A stretch of 46,311 nt of DNA from Anaeromyxobacter sp. (GTDB taxonomy: Bacteria > Myxococcota > Myxococcia > Myxococcales > Anaeromyxobacteraceae), in the NCBI GenBank assembly GCA_036523995.1, contig DATDDC010000562.1:1-46311 (forward strand). Reading direction: 5' to 3'. The notes below the pieces were generated by a model. That model saw only the letters and a list, made by a program, of their open reading frames with translations. It did not search any database and was not told the origin of the DNA. The translations under genes were made by a program, and so were the position numbers. Shown piece by piece: positions 27,085 to 38,168 of this stretch; the stretch's first letter is position 1, and the number at the start of each line of letters is the position of its first letter.

Positions 27085-29199
27085 ATGCACCATGTGGGAC
27101 TGGTAGGGACCGGATCGATCGCGGAGCACCACGTGGCCGCGCTCCGCGGCACCCCGGGGATCGAGCTCGTCGGCGTGACGGACCTCGACGCCGAGCGGGC
27201 GCGCGCCTTCGCCGAGCGGATGGGGACGAGGAGCTTCCCGTCGCTCGCCGCGCTGCGCGAGGCGGGCGCGGACGTGATCCACGTCCTGACGCCGCCCGAG
27301 TCGCACGCCCAGGTGGCCATCGCCGCGCTCGAGCTCGGCTGCCACGTCCTCGTCGAGAAGCCGCTCGCCACGCGCGTCGAGGACTGCGAGCGCGTCCGGG
27401 CCGTGGCCGAGAGGAAGGGCCTCGTCGTCTCGGTCGATCACTCGCTGCTCTTCGATCCCCAGATCGTCCGCGCGCTCCAGATCGTGCGCTCGGGCAAGCT
27501 CGGCCGGATCGTCTCCGTCGACATCCTGCGCGGCTCGGCCTACCCGCCCTACCGCGGCGGTCCCTTGCCGCCGCACTACCGCTCGGCGGCCTATCCCTTC
27601 CGCGATCTGGGCGTGCACGCGCTCTACCTGCTCCAGGCCTTCCTCGGGCCCATCGAGGGCGTCCACGCCACGTGGGAGTCGCGGGGCGGGGACCCGAACC
27701 TCGCCTACGACGAGTGGCGGGCCCTCGTGCGCTGCCGCGACGGCCTGGGCCAGTTCCAGCTCTCCTGGAACGTGAAGCCCATGCAGAGCCAGGTCATCGT
27801 GCAGGGCACGCGCGGCGTCCTGCGCATCGATCTCTTCCTCCTGTTCCTGGCGCGGCGGATGTCGATGCCGCTGCCCAAGGCCGTCGAGCGCGTGGTCAAC
27901 GCCTTGACCGACTCCCTCCGGCCGCTCGTCGAGGTGGCGAAGGGCGTCGTCAAGTTCGTCCTCCGGGCCGTGAAGCCGTACCAGGGGCTCCACGGCTTCG
28001 TGCGCGCCTTCTACGAGGCGCTCGACGGCGCGCGGCCCGTTCCGGTGGAGCTGGCCGAGGCGACCACCACGGTGCGCTGGGTCGAGGAGGTGGCCGGCGC
28101 CGCCGAGGCGGAGTTCGCCGCCCGCGTGGCCCGCCTGCCGCGCTCCGAGACGGCGGACGTCCTCGTCACGGGCGCGTCCGGCGCGCTCGGCGAGCGACTC
28201 ATGAAGACGCTCGCCCAGGAGGGCAGGGTGCGCGCCTTCGTGCGCCGGCTGCCCGAGGGGCTCCCCGCCGGCGTCGACGTGGCGCTCGGCGACCTCGGCG
28301 ATCCCGACGCGGTCGACCGGGCCGTGAGCGGGGCGCGCACGGTGGTCCACGTCGGCGCGGCCATGAAGGGCGGATGGGAGGAGCACGAGCGCGCCACCGT
28401 GGTGGGGACCCGGAACGTCGTCGACGCCTGCCGGCGCCACGGCGTGAGGAAGCTCGTCCACATCTCCTCCATGTCGGTGAACGACTGGGCGGGCGGAGAC
28501 CGCGGCGTCCTGTCCGAGAGCTCGCCCTACGAGCCGCGCCCGCTCGAGCGCGGGCACTACACGCGCGCCAAGCTCGAGGCCGAGAAGATCGTTCGCGCCG
28601 CGGTCGCGGATCACGCCCTCCCCGCGGTCATCCTGCGGCCGGGCCAGATCTTCGGCGGCCGGCTGCCGCTCCTCACGCCGGCCGTGGCGCGCCGGGTGGG
28701 GGCGCGCTGGCTCGTCCTCGGCGACGGGCGCCTGCGCCTGCCGCTCGTGTACATCGACGACGTCGTCGATGCCATCGTCGCCGCGCTGCGGGGGCCGCTC
28801 GAGAACGGCGAGGTCATCCAGCTCGTCGATCCCCACGCGCTCACGCAGAACGAGGCGCTCGCCGTGGCCCTGCCCGGGGGCGCCAAGGTCCTGCGCCTGC
28901 CGCGGGCGCTGGTCTTCGCCACCGGCAGGCTGTCGGAGCCCATCCTGGCGGCGCTGGGGCGGAAGTCGCCGGTGTCGGCCTACCGCCTCAAGTCCGCCCT
29001 GGCGCGCGTGGGGTTCGTCTCGGAGAACGCCCGCGAGCTCCTCGGGTGGCAGCCGCGGGTCGGCGTGGTCGAGGGGATCCGCCGGGCGGCGGGCGGGGAC
29101 CTCCCTGCCCTGGTCGCCTCGCCCGAGGCGGCCGTGAAGGACATCCGGCCGGCGGCGGAGGAGGAGCCGCCGGTCCGCCGCGCCGACCGGACGGCATGA
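27085..29199 (+). CDS. Fusion of a Gfo/Idh/MocA oxidoreductase and an NAD-dependent epimerase/dehydratase (SDR), 704 aa
   Basis: N-terminal VGLVGTGSIA, HVLTPPESH, HVLVEKPLA, DLGVH. C-terminal VLVTGASGALG, HISSMSV, YTRAK, ILRPGQIFG, LVYIDDVVDA. No stop between the two domains. Confidence 0.85.
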   Translation: MHHVGLVGTGSIAEHHVAALRGTPGIELVGVTDLDAERARAFAERMGTRSFPSLAALREAGADVIHVLTPPESHAQVAIAALELGCHVLVEKPLATRVEDCERVRAVAERKGLVVSVDHSLLFDPQIVRALQIVRSGKLGRIVSVDILRGSAYPPYRGGPLPPHYRSAAYPFRDLGVHALYLLQAFLGPIEGVHATWESRGGDPNLAYDEWRALVRCRDGLGQFQLSWNVKPMQSQVIVQGTRGVLRIDLFLLFLARRMSMPLPKAVERVVNALTDSLRPLVEVAKGVVKFVLRAVKPYQGLHGFVRAFYEALDGARPVPVELAEATTTVRWVEEVAGAAEAEFAARVARLPRSETADVLVTGASGALGERLMKTLAQEGRVRAFVRRLPEGLPAGVDVALGDLGDPDAVDRAVSGARTVVHVGAAMKGGWEEHERATVVGTRNVVDACRRHGVRKLVHISSMSVNDWAGGDRGVLSESSPYEPRPLERGHYTRAKLEAEKIVRAAVADHALPAVILRPGQIFGGRLPLLTPAVARRVGARWLVLGDGRLRLPLVYIDDVVDAIVAALRGPLENGEVIQLVDPHALTQNEALAVALPGGAKVLRLPRALVFATGRLSEPILAALGRKSPVSAYRLKSALARVGFVSENARELLGWQPRVGVVEGIRRAAGGDLPALVASPEAAVKDIRPAAEEEPPVRRADRTA

Positions 29200-30677
29200 C
29201 CGAGCAGCGCGATCCGGACCGCGCCAGCGTCACGCGGCGAGCGGTCCGCGGGATGGCGTGGACCTTGCCGACGAGCCTCGGCGCCCGCGTCGTGGGGCTC
29301 GTGGGCACGCTCCTCCTGGCGCGGTACCTCGCCCCCTCCGACTACGGGGAGGTCTCGGCCGCGGTGATCGTGGTCCTGACGGCGAGCAGCATGACCACCT
29401 TCGGCGTCGGGATCTACCTCGTGACGAACCGGGACGTCACGCGCGCCGACGCCTTTCACGCGACGTTCTGGTTCCTCGCGGTCGGCCTCGCCGCGTTCGC
29501 CCTCGCCTTCGGGCTGAGCGGCCCGCTGGGAGCGTGGTTCGGCGCGCCGAGCCTCCGGCACTTCGTCCCGCTCCTCCTCGTCTCCGGCCTCCTCGACCGC
29601 GTCGGGTACGTGCCGGAGCGCATGGCGGTGCGCCAGCTCCGCTTCGGCTGGGTCTCGACGGCCCGGGCGCTCGGCGAGCTGGCCTACACCTGCGTCTCGC
29701 TCCTCCTGGCCGCGCTCGGATTCGGGGCGATGGCCATCGCCTGGGGAAACGTGGCGCGCTCGGCCGTCCGATTCGCGCTCATCACGCCGTCGGTGGGATG
29801 GCGCGAGTGGCTCGAGCCCCACCGCTTGCGCCTCGCCACGCTGGCGCGGATCATCGTCTACGGCGTGAACGTCTCCGCGACCTCCATCGCCGCCTTCGCC
29901 ATGCGGCGCTGGGACAACCTGCTCGTGAGCCGGTACTTCGGCCCGGCGGCGATGGGGGCCTACAACTACGCGTACAACCTGGCCGACACCCCCGCCGTGG
30001 CGATCGGCGAGCAGATGACCGACGTCATCACCGCCTCCTTCCCGCACGTGAACCGGGAGAAGCGGGCCGACGCCCTCGTGCAGGCGTGCACCATGATCTC
30101 GGTCATCATGTTTCCGCTCGCCTTCGGGCTCGGCGCCGTCTCGCAGACGGTGGTGGAGACGTTCTTCGACCGCCGCTGGGCCGGCGTGGGCACGATGCTG
30201 ATGCTCCTCTCGGTGCTCTCCGCGACGCGGCCCATGGCGCACGTCCTCGTCGGCTACTTCTACGCCGGCCAGCGCCCGGGCGTCGTGCTCTGGCTGGAGT
30301 GGCTGAGCCTGGGCGCCATCGTGCTCGCCATCCCCACCATCGGTCGCATCAGCACCACCTGGACGTGCATCTCGGTCGGCTCGGTGTTCGTGCTGCGCAC
30401 GCTCGCGGCGACGTGGATCGCGCAGCGGCTCGACGGCGCTCGGGTGTCGAGCCTGCTCCGCCCGCTGGTGGGCCCGCTCCTCGCCTGCCTCGCCATGGTG
30501 GGGGCGATCCTGGCCGCGCGGCCCGAGCTCCAGGGCCTCGCGCCGGCCCGGCGGCTCGCCGCCGAGGTGTCGCTCGGCGGCCTCGTGTACCTGGCGGGCG
30601 CGTTCGTGCTCTTCCGCTCGACCTCGCGGGAGCTGCTCGGGCTCGTCCGCTCCGCGCTGTGGCGAGGTGGACGTTGA
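29196..30677 (+). CDS. wzx: Wzx-like oligosaccharide flippase (second), 493 aa
   Basis: ATGA overlap. AVRGMAW, LARYLAPSDYG, RWDNLLVSRYFGPAAMGAYNYAYNLA and many TM segments. Confidence 0.85.
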   Translation: MTEQRDPDRASVTRRAVRGMAWTLPTSLGARVVGLVGTLLLARYLAPSDYGEVSAAVIVVLTASSMTTFGVGIYLVTNRDVTRADAFHATFWFLAVGLAAFALAFGLSGPLGAWFGAPSLRHFVPLLLVSGLLDRVGYVPERMAVRQLRFGWVSTARALGELAYTCVSLLLAALGFGAMAIAWGNVARSAVRFALITPSVGWREWLEPHRLRLATLARIIVYGVNVSATSIAAFAMRRWDNLLVSRYFGPAAMGAYNYAYNLADTPAVAIGEQMTDVITASFPHVNREKRADALVQACTMISVIMFPLAFGLGAVSQTVVETFFDRRWAGVGTMLMLLSVLSATRPMAHVLVGYFYAGQRPGVVLWLEWLSLGAIVLAIPTIGRISTTWTCISVGSVFVLRTLAATWIAQRLDGARVSSLLRPLVGPLLACLAMVGAILAARPELQGLAPARRLAAEVSLGGLVYLAGAFVLFRSTSRELLGLVRSALWRGGR

Positions 30678-30693
30678 TCGCTCGGGGAGGAAG

Positions 30694-31560
30694 ATGACCC
30701 TCTCGATCTCCGCCGTGATCCCCTACTACAACGGCTCGCGCACGATCGCCGAGGCGCTGGACTCGGTCCGCGCGCAGACGCTCGCCCCGCTGGAGATCAT
30801 CGTGGTCGACGACGGCTCGCGCCCCGAGGAGGCCGAGGCCCTCGATCGCGCGGCGCACGGCTGCACCGTCATCCACTTCCCCAGGAACCGCGGCGTGTCG
30901 GTGGCCCGGAACGCCGGCGTCGCCCGAGCCCGCGGCGACTGGATCGCCTTCCTCGATTGCGACGACCTGTGGGAGCCGAGGAAGCTGGAGCTGCAGGCGG
31001 CGGCCGTCCGGGCGAACCCCGACTGCGTGGCCATCCACTGCGGCATGGTGAACGTGAGGCTCGACGGCCGCGAGATCGTGCACCCCAAGGGCGAGATCAC
31101 CTTCGACGACTTCCTCGACTTCCCGTGCCCCATCTTCCCCTCGGCGGTCCTGATGCAGAGGCAGGTCCTGCTCGAGTGCGGGCTCTTCGATCCCACCCTG
31201 CGCTGCTGCCAGGACCTCGATCTCTTCATGCGGTTCTGCTTCAGCCACGGGAAGTTCTACTCGGTGCCGGAGCCGCTCTTCGTCCGGCGCATCCAGAAGG
31301 ACGGCGTGTCGCGCAACATCGCGGTCTTCTGGGACGAGGCCGAGCGGGTCTATCGCGGGTTCGCCCCGCTCTTCCGGGATCAGAAGCGCGGCCGCGCCGT
31401 GATGCGCGAGATCCACGTCGACATGGCCCTGCGCGCGATGTACGCGCGCGACCTGGGGCTCCTGTGGCGCATCCTGCGCCGGGGCTCGCGGGCCGACGGG
31501 CCCGCGGGGCGGGTCCTCGCCGCCGCGCTGTGGCGGGCGCTGCGCGAGCGCCTGCGCTGA
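30694..31560 (+). CDS. Glycosyltransferase family 2, 288 aa
   Basis: GGGAGG RBS; ISAVIPYYN, ALDSVRAQT, VVDDGS, NRGVSVARNAG, IAFLDCDD, GLFDPTL..CQDLDL. Confidence 0.9.
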   Translation: MTLSISAVIPYYNGSRTIAEALDSVRAQTLAPLEIIVVDDGSRPEEAEALDRAAHGCTVIHFPRNRGVSVARNAGVARARGDWIAFLDCDDLWEPRKLELQAAAVRANPDCVAIHCGMVNVRLDGREIVHPKGEITFDDFLDFPCPIFPSAVLMQRQVLLECGLFDPTLRCCQDLDLFMRFCFSHGKFYSVPEPLFVRRIQKDGVSRNIAVFWDEAERVYRGFAPLFRDQKRGRAVMREIHVDMALRAMYARDLGLLWRILRRGSRADGPAGRVLAAALWRALRERLR

Positions 31561-31570
31561 GGTCGGGACG

Positions 31571-33052
31571 TCAGAACGACGTGCTGAGCTTCACGGCCAC
31601 GTCGCTGTCGATGGCGTTGCAGACCGCGAAGTCCGGCTTGCCGTTTCGATCGAAGTCGCCGGTGGCCACGCCGTAGGAGAAGGCTCCGGTCTTGCCGGCG
31701 TCGATGGGCGCCTCGAAGCGGCCGTCGCCGATCCCGATGAGGACGCTGGCGGTGCCGCTCAGGAAGTTCGCCGTCACCACGTCGGGGACGCCGTCCAGGT
31801 TGAAGTCCGCGACGGCGACCGAATAGGGTCCGGCGCACGGCAGGGAGGCGCAGGGGCCGACGCGCACGCTCGACACGATGGGATCGCCGAACGTCCCGTC
31901 GCCGGCGCCGAGGAGCACGCTCACGTCGTCGCTCTGGCGATTGGCGCAGACGACGTCGAGCACGCCGTCGAGGTTCACGTCCCAGGCGATGCAGTTGTAG
32001 GGCGGCACGCCGCCCTCGGGGAAGGCGACCTCGGGGGCGAAGGTGCCGTCGCCCTTTCCCAGCCGCACCACGATGGAGAGGTTCACCATGTCGGCGATGG
32101 CCACGTCGCCCTTGCCGTCGCCGTCGAAGTCGCCGATGGCCGCCGAGAACGGCGCGGAGCGCCGATTCGCCACGGGGAGGTTGATCGACGGGTCGAGCGC
32201 GCCGCCGGGCCGGCCGAGGAAGACCGACACCGAGCCGGTGGCCGGGTTGGTCGCCACGACGTCGAGCCAGCCGTCGCCGTTCAGATCGCCCAGCGCCAGG
32301 TTCGACGTCTGGGATCCGGCCTCCGTCGGATAGGTGCTCGCCGCGCCGAGCGTGCCGTCTCCCGCCCCGAAGAGCACGCTCACCGACTCGCCGTGGTAGT
32401 TGGCGGTCACGACGTCGGGGATGCCGTCGCCGTCGAAGTCCGCGATGGCGAGACCGGTCGGATAGGCGCCCGTGGGGAAGTTCGTGGCCGAGACGCGCTG
32501 GAAGGTCCCGTCGCCCAGGCCGAGGAACACCGTGATCGAGTCCTCCTCCTCGTTCGCCGCCACCAGGTCGACGAGCCCGTCGCCGTCGAGATCGCCGGAC
32601 GCGAGGACGTACGTCTTGAGCCCCGATCCGTACGAGACGGCGTCCGCGAACGACACGGTCCGCAGGGAGGAGCAGGTGCTCGTGCCCGGGTCGCACTTGC
32701 CGTCGAAGCAGTCGGAGCCCGAGAGGCAGTGCCGGCCGCCCGAGCACTTGCGGCACGTGCCGCCGCCGCAGTCCACGTCGGTCTCGGCGCCGTCCTGGAC
32801 GCCGTTCACGCAGGGCATGGGCACGCACATGCCGGAGACGCAGTTGCCGCTCTTGCAGTCCGCCGCGGAGCCGCACCCGCGGCCCAGTGCGCAGCGCGCC
32901 GGGCAGGTCCCTCCGCAGTCCACGTCGGTCTCGTGGCCGTTCAGGATGGCGTCGTCGCACCGCGGGTTCAGGTAGAAGATGCATCCCGCCATGCCCATGC
33001 AGGCGGCGACGGCGGCCGCGAGGACGCGCCCGGGAGACATCCGGCCCGTCAT
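31571..33052 (-). CDS. Lipoprotein with Cys-rich ETDVDCGG repeats and FG-GAP/VCBS beta-propeller repeats, about 493 aa
   Basis: C-terminus of the 31571..35920 ORF. Leader ...[13 protein letters not shown]; two C.(D/N)...[10 protein letters not shown] repeats; seven D(L/F/V)(D/N)xDG..D motifs (the last DFDRNG). Confidence 0.85.
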   Translation of the reverse strand: MTGRMSPGRVLAAAVAACMGMAGCIFYLNPRCDDAILNGHETDVDCGGTCPARCALGRGCGSAADCKSGNCVSGMCVPMPCVNGVQDGAETDVDCGGGTCRKCSGGRHCLSGSDCFDGKCDPGTSTCSSLRTVSFADAVSYGSGLKTYVLASGDLDGDGLVDLVAANEEEDSITVFLGLGDGTFQRVSATNFPTGAYPTGLAIADFDGDGIPDVVTANYHGESVSVLFGAGDGTLGAASTYPTEAGSQTSNLALGDLNGDGWLDVVATNPATGSVSVFLGRPGGALDPSINLPVANRRSAPFSAAIGDFDGDGKGDVAIADMVNLSIVVRLGKGDGTFAPEVAFPEGGVPPYNCIAWDVNLDGVLDVVCANRQSDDVSVLLGAGDGTFGDPIVSSVRVGPCASLPCAGPYSVAVADFNLDGVPDVVTANFLSGTASVLIGIGDGRFEAPIDAGKTGAFSYGVATGDFDRNGKPDFAVCNAIDSDVAVKLSTSF

Positions 33053-33054
33053 GA

Positions 33055-34923
33055 TCAGCTCACCCAGCGGTCGTGCCACAGGTTCAGCACCATGGCGGTC
33101 CACAGCTTGTTGCTGTAGTCGCGCTCCCGCCTCCTGTGGCGCTCCAGCAGATCGGCGAGGGTCGCCCGGCGCAGGATTCCACGCTTCGTGAATCCGCCCT
33201 CGAGGAGCACCGGGCGCGCCCAGTCGGCCAGCCGCCCCGCGAACAGCTCCTGGACCGGCGTGCGGAACCCCTGCTTGGGCCGGTAGATGATGTCGCTCGG
33301 CAGCACGCCCTCGATGGACTTCTTGAAGAAGTACTTCACCCAGCCATTGCGCCACTTGAACGAGGACGGGACGTTGTACACCCAGTGTGCATAGGCCGGC
33401 GCGGTGTACGGGCAGCGCGACTCGAGCCCCAGCCGCGACGAGAGCAGGTCGAGCTTCGAGAGCATCAGGTTCCCGAAGTAGTTGTCCTGCATCATCGCAT
33501 AGATCATGTAGTTCAAGTAATCGCGCCGGCCGTGGGGGCTCGCGTCGACGCGCCTGCGGTTGCGGGCCACGATGGTGTCCGGCAGCTCCGGCTTGCAGCG
33601 CTCCCACAGGTCCGCGGGGACGAGCCCGCCGAGCTCGCTCTCGGGCCACGCCACCTCGTAGCTCCAGAAGTACTCGCTCTCGTCGGCGGCGCGGCGCAGC
33701 ACGTCCCGGCGCCGGGGCGAGAGGAGCGGCGCCAGCGTCGCCGCCGCCCGGCGCAGCGGCCGGGGCAGGCGCATGAGCCGCTGCCACCGCGCGTAGTAGC
33801 CCTGGCGGATCTCCACCATGCCGCCGTGGCCGCAGCACAGCTCGTCGTTGGCCTCGCCGGTGACCACCACCCGGACGCCCTGCGCCTTGGCCATGCGCAG
33901 CGCCTGGAAGAGGAAGACGCTCGACGGCTCGGAGACGAGGTCGTCCTGCGCCTCGATGGTCTCCGGGATGGCCGCGAGGAACTCGTCCGTCGACAGGAGC
34001 GCGTCGTGGTGCTGCGTCCTGGCCTCCTGCGCGACCTTGCGGGCGTAGTAGAGGTCGTTGTACTTCGTGTCGCCCTCGAACTCGGCCAGGCCCACCGTGA
34101 AGGTGTGGAGCGGCGCGGCTCCGTTGCGCGCCAGCAGGCTCACGTTGGCGCTCGAGTCGTTGCCGCCGGAGAGGAGCGCGCCCATGGGCCCGGGCACGCC
34201 GCGCCGCCGCACCGCCGCCTGGTGCAGCTCGCGCGTGCGCTCCACGTAGAAGCCCTCGTCGTCCCGCTCCTCCACCGGGGCGTCGAGCAGGTCCCAGTAG
34301 CGGCGCTCCCGGGCGGCGCCGTCCGGGGCGAGCTCGACCGCGCACCCCGCGGGAACGCGGCGGACGCCGGCGAAGAGCGTGCGCGGCCCCGGCGCGGTGA
34401 GGAAGGTGAGGAACTGGACCACCGCGATCTCGTCGTAGCCGCGCGTCACCGCGGGATGCCGGAGCAGCGCCTTGATCTCCGAGGCGAAGATCGCGCCGTC
34501 GGCGGAGGCCCAGTAATAGAGGAAGCGGACGCCCAGCGGGTCGCGCGCCAGGGTGAGGCGGCGGCGCTCCCGCTCCCAGATGGCGAGGGCGAACTGCGCG
34601 TCGAGGTCGTGCCATCCCTCGGGGCCGCGGGCCGCGAACCGCTCCAGGAGCGGCGCCACGCCCTGGGCGCCGTCGTCCCCGAAGGCGTGGCCGTCGCAGG
34701 CCATGACCAGGTTGCCGTCGCGGGCCATCGGGATGCCGGGGCTCTCCTCGCCCGGCCGCGTCCGCAGCCAGCGGAAGCCCAGCCGCGCCTCGCCGCCCGG
34801 ATCGGCCCAGGTGGCGGCGCCGTCGGGCGCGCGGAAGGCCAGCGCCTCGAGCATGGCCGAGAGGTGCTTCTCCGCGGTCGGTCGCCGCGCGTAGTTTCCG
34901 ATCATTCCGCAGATGGCAGACAT
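33055..34923 (-). CDS. Asparagine synthetase B-like amide ligase lacking the N-terminal catalytic Cys, 622 aa
   Basis: Starts MSAICG (not MCG). RAPD, ACDGHAF in place of [45 protein letters not shown]. Confidence 0.85.
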   Translation of the reverse strand: MSAICGMIGNYARRPTAEKHLSAMLEALAFRAPDGAATWADPGGEARLGFRWLRTRPGEESPGIPMARDGNLVMACDGHAFGDDGAQGVAPLLERFAARGPEGWHDLDAQFALAIWERERRRLTLARDPLGVRFLYYWASADGAIFASEIKALLRHPAVTRGYDEIAVVQFLTFLTAPGPRTLFAGVRRVPAGCAVELAPDGAARERRYWDLLDAPVEERDDEGFYVERTRELHQAAVRRRGVPGPMGALLSGGNDSSANVSLLARNGAAPLHTFTVGLAEFEGDTKYNDLYYARKVAQEARTQHHDALLSTDEFLAAIPETIEAQDDLVSEPSSVFLFQALRMAKAQGVRVVVTGEANDELCCGHGGMVEIRQGYYARWQRLMRLPRPLRRAAATLAPLLSPRRRDVLRRAADESEYFWSYEVAWPESELGGLVPADLWERCKPELPDTIVARNRRRVDASPHGRRDYLNYMIYAMMQDNYFGNLMLSKLDLLSSRLGLESRCPYTAPAYAHWVYNVPSSFKWRNGWVKYFFKKSIEGVLPSDIIYRPKQGFRTPVQELFAGRLADWARPVLLEGGFTKRGILRRATLADLLERHRRRERDYSNKLWTAMVLNLWHDRWVS

Positions 34924-34938
34924 GGGGGCTCGGGCTCG

Positions 34939-36153
34939 CTAGGAACGGGGTCCGTCGTAGAGCGCCTGGTAGGCGCCGGCGACCGCTTCGATGCTGTGCC
35001 TTCGCTTCGCGTCCGCGAGGGCGTTCTTGCCGAGGGAGCGGCGAAGGGCGGCGTCCGCCACGAGGCGCCCGAAGGCCCGGGCCATGGCCCCGGGCTGCTC
35101 GGGCGGAACGAGCAGGCCGCTCACGTCGTCCTCCACGATCGTCGGGATCTCGTTCACGGCCGTGGCCACGATGGCGGCCCCCGCGCACTTCGCCTCGAGG
35201 AGGGCGACGCCGTAGGGCTCGAACTTGGACGCGATCACGAACACGTCGAGCGCGCGGAGGAGCTCCGGCACGCGGCTCCAGCTCCCCAGGAGGACGACGC
35301 GATCGGCGATGCCCAGCTCGGCGCACTGCGCCTCGATGGCGGAGCGGAGGGGGCCGTCGCCGGCGAGGACCATGCGCAGCCGCGGCTCGGCCCTGGCCGC
35401 CAGGGCGAAGGCGCGGAGCTGCGTCGGGTAGTCCTTCTGCTCGATGAGCCGGCCCACGCTCCCCACGAGCACGGTGTCGCGCTCCGCGCCGACCCGGGCC
35501 CGCAGCGCCGCGACGTCCTCGGCCCGGACGGCCTCGTAGGCGGCGAGGTCGATCCCGTAGGCGATGGCGCGCATCTTCCGGCGCAGCGCCTCGTAGCCGT
35601 AGGCGCCGAAGGGGGCCGCGGCGTCGGCGGTGAACCGGCAGAACCGCTCTCCCAGCTCGTCGGACACCGCCACCACGTTCCGCATGAGGCCGCAGGCGAG
35701 CTGGTTGCGCAGCGCCTGGCGGCGCCCGCGGTTCACGAGCTCCTGCGGGAGGAACGCGTACTCGCGGTCCGGCACCTGGCAGGCGAAGGCGCTCAGGGAG
35801 CCCACGGTGGAGCGGATGCCGAGGAGCCTCGCCGCGATCCCGGCGTACAGCAGGGGACGCGGATTGATGGCGTGGACCACCTTCACGCGGTGGCGCCGCA
35901 TCAGGGCGCCGAGCTTCCACACCGCGTCCGGGCGGAGCCCCGCGGGCACCGGCGCGAGCTCGACGGGGACCGAGCGCTCCCGCAGCCGATCGACGAGCGG
36001 GCTCTGCTCCTCTCCCAGCGAGCAGAAGACGGGACGGTAGCGGCGCGGATCGAGGTGCAGCGCGAGATCGATGTAGCCCTTGGTGCGTCCGGAGACGCCC
36101 AGCGTGTCCATCACGTACAGGACGTTCTTCGGCGCCGCGGGCTGCTCGTTCAT
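34939..36153 (-). CDS. Glycosyltransferase family 4, 404 aa
   Basis: C-terminus of the 34939..38520 ORF: [60 protein letters not shown] overlap with asnB. Confidence 0.9.
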   Translation of the reverse strand: MNEQPAAPKNVLYVMDTLGVSGRTKGYIDLALHLDPRRYRPVFCSLGEEQSPLVDRLRERSVPVELAPVPAGLRPDAVWKLGALMRRHRVKVVHAINPRPLLYAGIAARLLGIRSTVGSLSAFACQVPDREYAFLPQELVNRGRRQALRNQLACGLMRNVVAVSDELGERFCRFTADAAAPFGAYGYEALRRKMRAIAYGIDLAAYEAVRAEDVAALRARVGAERDTVLVGSVGRLIEQKDYPTQLRAFALAARAEPRLRMVLAGDGPLRSAIEAQCAELGIADRVVLLGSWSRVPELLRALDVFVIASKFEPYGVALLEAKCAGAAIVATAVNEIPTIVEDDVSGLLVPPEQPGAMARAFGRLVADAALRRSLGKNALADAKRRHSIEAVAGAYQALYDGPRS

Positions 36154-38087
36154 GGCGCGAACCAGCGCTCGTACCAGCCCGACAGGTTGATGAGGCACCA
36201 CAGATCGAAGGAGTGATCGGCCCGCCCCTCGCGGTGGATGCGCCAGAGGTCGAGGACGTAGTCGAAGTCGAGGAGCCCGAGGCGACGGAGGGGCGAGCGG
36301 CGCAGGACGTCCTCGGCCCAGCCGGCCAGCTCGCCGCGGAGCCAGGCGGGGAGCGGCACGCGGAACCCCTGCTTCTTCCGCTCCACCACGTCGGCGGGGA
36401 GCCAGGCGTGCGCGGCGTCCTTGAGGACCGTCTTGGTGCGCGTCCCGTTCATCTTCATGGACGCCGGCAGGGACAGGGCGTAGGCCGCGAGCTCGTGGTC
36501 GAGGAACGGCGCGCGCGCCTCGAGCGAGTGCGCCATGGAGAACTTGTCCACGCGCATGAGGAGCAGCTCGGGGAGGCGGTTCCGCAGCTCGACGTACGAC
36601 ATCTGCTGGCTGAAGTCGGCGCCCGGGCGGCGCCCGAGGATCTCGGCGTAGTAGCCACCCACGGTGTCCGCCGCCTTGTGCGGCATGGCGCGCCGCCCCT
36701 CCTCCGTGTAGAGGCGGGCCTTCTCCCAGTCGAAGAACACCACGTCGAGGCCCATGTAGAGCGGCTCGCCGTCGGCGGCCCGGCGCAGGACGTCGACGCG
36801 CCCGCCGGGCGCGCCGGCCAGCTCGGCCCCCGCCTTCACCGCGCGCCGCACGAAGCGCGGCATCTTCCTGAGGAGCGACCAGCGGCCGTTGAAGGTGCGG
36901 AGCAGGGCGGGGAAGTCCGGGTAGCCGCAGAAGACCTCGTCGCTGCCCTCGCCCACGAGCACGACCTTGATGCCGGCCTCTCGCGCCGCGCGGGACACGA
37001 AGTGCATGGGCAGGCAGGCGGGATCGCCGAGCGGCTCGTCCTGGCCCTGCACCATCTCGGAGAGATAGCCCACCGCCTCCTTCACCGAGACCGGGACCTC
37101 CGTGTGCCGGCAGCCGAACATCGACGCGACCTGCCGCGCGTAGGGGACGTCGTGGAAGTTCTCGGCGGGGCCGAAGCCGGTGAACTCGACCGTGAAGGTC
37201 TGGAGCGGCGTCGACACGAGGCGGCTCATGAGCGCCACGTTGGTGGACGAGTCGACGCCGCCGCTCAGGAACGCGCCGACGGGGACGTCGGCCATGAGGC
37301 GCTTCCGCACCGCCTCCTGCACGAGATCGCGCACGCGCTCCACCGCCTCGCCGCGGTCGCGCGGCGGGGTCCAGGCGGGCCCGTCGAGCGGCGACCAGTA
37401 GCGCTCGACCGCGATCGAGCCGCGCCTGTCGCAGACGAGCGTGTGGCCCGGCGGCAGCTTGTGGATGCCCTCGAACAGCGTGCGGGGCTCGGGGACGTTC
37501 GAGAACGTGAGGTACTGGTTCAGCGCGGCGAGGTCGAGGCGGCGCGCCACGTCGGGGTGCGCGAGCAGCGCCTTCACCTCGGAGGCGAAGAGGAGCCGGC
37601 CGCCGGCGATGGTGTAGTAGACGGGCTTCTTGCCCATGCGGTCGCGCACGAGCAGGAGGCGCTCCCGGGCCTGGTCCCAGAGCCCGATCGCGAACATGCC
37701 GTCGATGGCCTCCACGAAGGCGAGCCCCTGCTCCTCGTAGAGGTGGAGGAGCACCTCGGTGTCGGTGCGCGACCGGAAGCGGTGGCGGTCGTCGAGGCGG
37801 AGGCGCTTGCGGAGCTCGGCGTGGTTGTAGATCTCGCCGTTGAAGGTGATCCAGACCGTCCCGTCCTCGTTGGACATGGGCTGGTGGCCGGCCGAGCTGA
37901 CGTCGACGATGCTGAGCCGCCGGTGGCCCAGGACCACGCGCCCGTCCGCGCTCTGCCAGAGGCCGGCGTCGTCCGGACCGCGGTGCGCGATGCTGTCCCG
38001 CATTCGCAGGACGAGCTCGCGGTCGCGCGCGCTGGTGTCGCGGTCGGCGGGACCTCCGAAGCTGTACTGACCGACGATCCCGCACAT
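36150..38087 (-). CDS. asnB: Asparagine synthase (glutamine-hydrolyzing) family amidotransferase, polysaccharide-associated (WbpS-like role likely), 645 aa
   Basis: [74 protein letters not shown]. Confidence 0.92.
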   Translation of the reverse strand: MCGIVGQYSFGGPADRDTSARDRELVLRMRDSIAHRGPDDAGLWQSADGRVVLGHRRLSIVDVSSAGHQPMSNEDGTVWITFNGEIYNHAELRKRLRLDDRHRFRSRTDTEVLLHLYEEQGLAFVEAIDGMFAIGLWDQARERLLLVRDRMGKKPVYYTIAGGRLLFASEVKALLAHPDVARRLDLAALNQYLTFSNVPEPRTLFEGIHKLPPGHTLVCDRRGSIAVERYWSPLDGPAWTPPRDRGEAVERVRDLVQEAVRKRLMADVPVGAFLSGGVDSSTNVALMSRLVSTPLQTFTVEFTGFGPAENFHDVPYARQVASMFGCRHTEVPVSVKEAVGYLSEMVQGQDEPLGDPACLPMHFVSRAAREAGIKVVLVGEGSDEVFCGYPDFPALLRTFNGRWSLLRKMPRFVRRAVKAGAELAGAPGGRVDVLRRAADGEPLYMGLDVVFFDWEKARLYTEEGRRAMPHKAADTVGGYYAEILGRRPGADFSQQMSYVELRNRLPELLLMRVDKFSMAHSLEARAPFLDHELAAYALSLPASMKMNGTRTKTVLKDAAHAWLPADVVERKKQGFRVPLPAWLRGELAGWAEDVLRRSPLRRLGLLDFDYVLDLWRIHREGRADHSFDLWCLINLSGWYERWFAP

Positions 38088-38168
38088 TCCGTGATTGCCC
38101 GAATAACACCGAGGTGGTTCTTGTGTCGAGGACGGGGAAGCGCGCTCGTGACCTGGGCCGCGTCCCGC

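Noticed and set aside
33055-34923. Cys-less AsnB as a lasso peptide cyclase
   Set aside because: No precursor peptide, leader peptidase or RRE gene seen. It has a full-length AsnB architecture and sits among glycosyltransferases.
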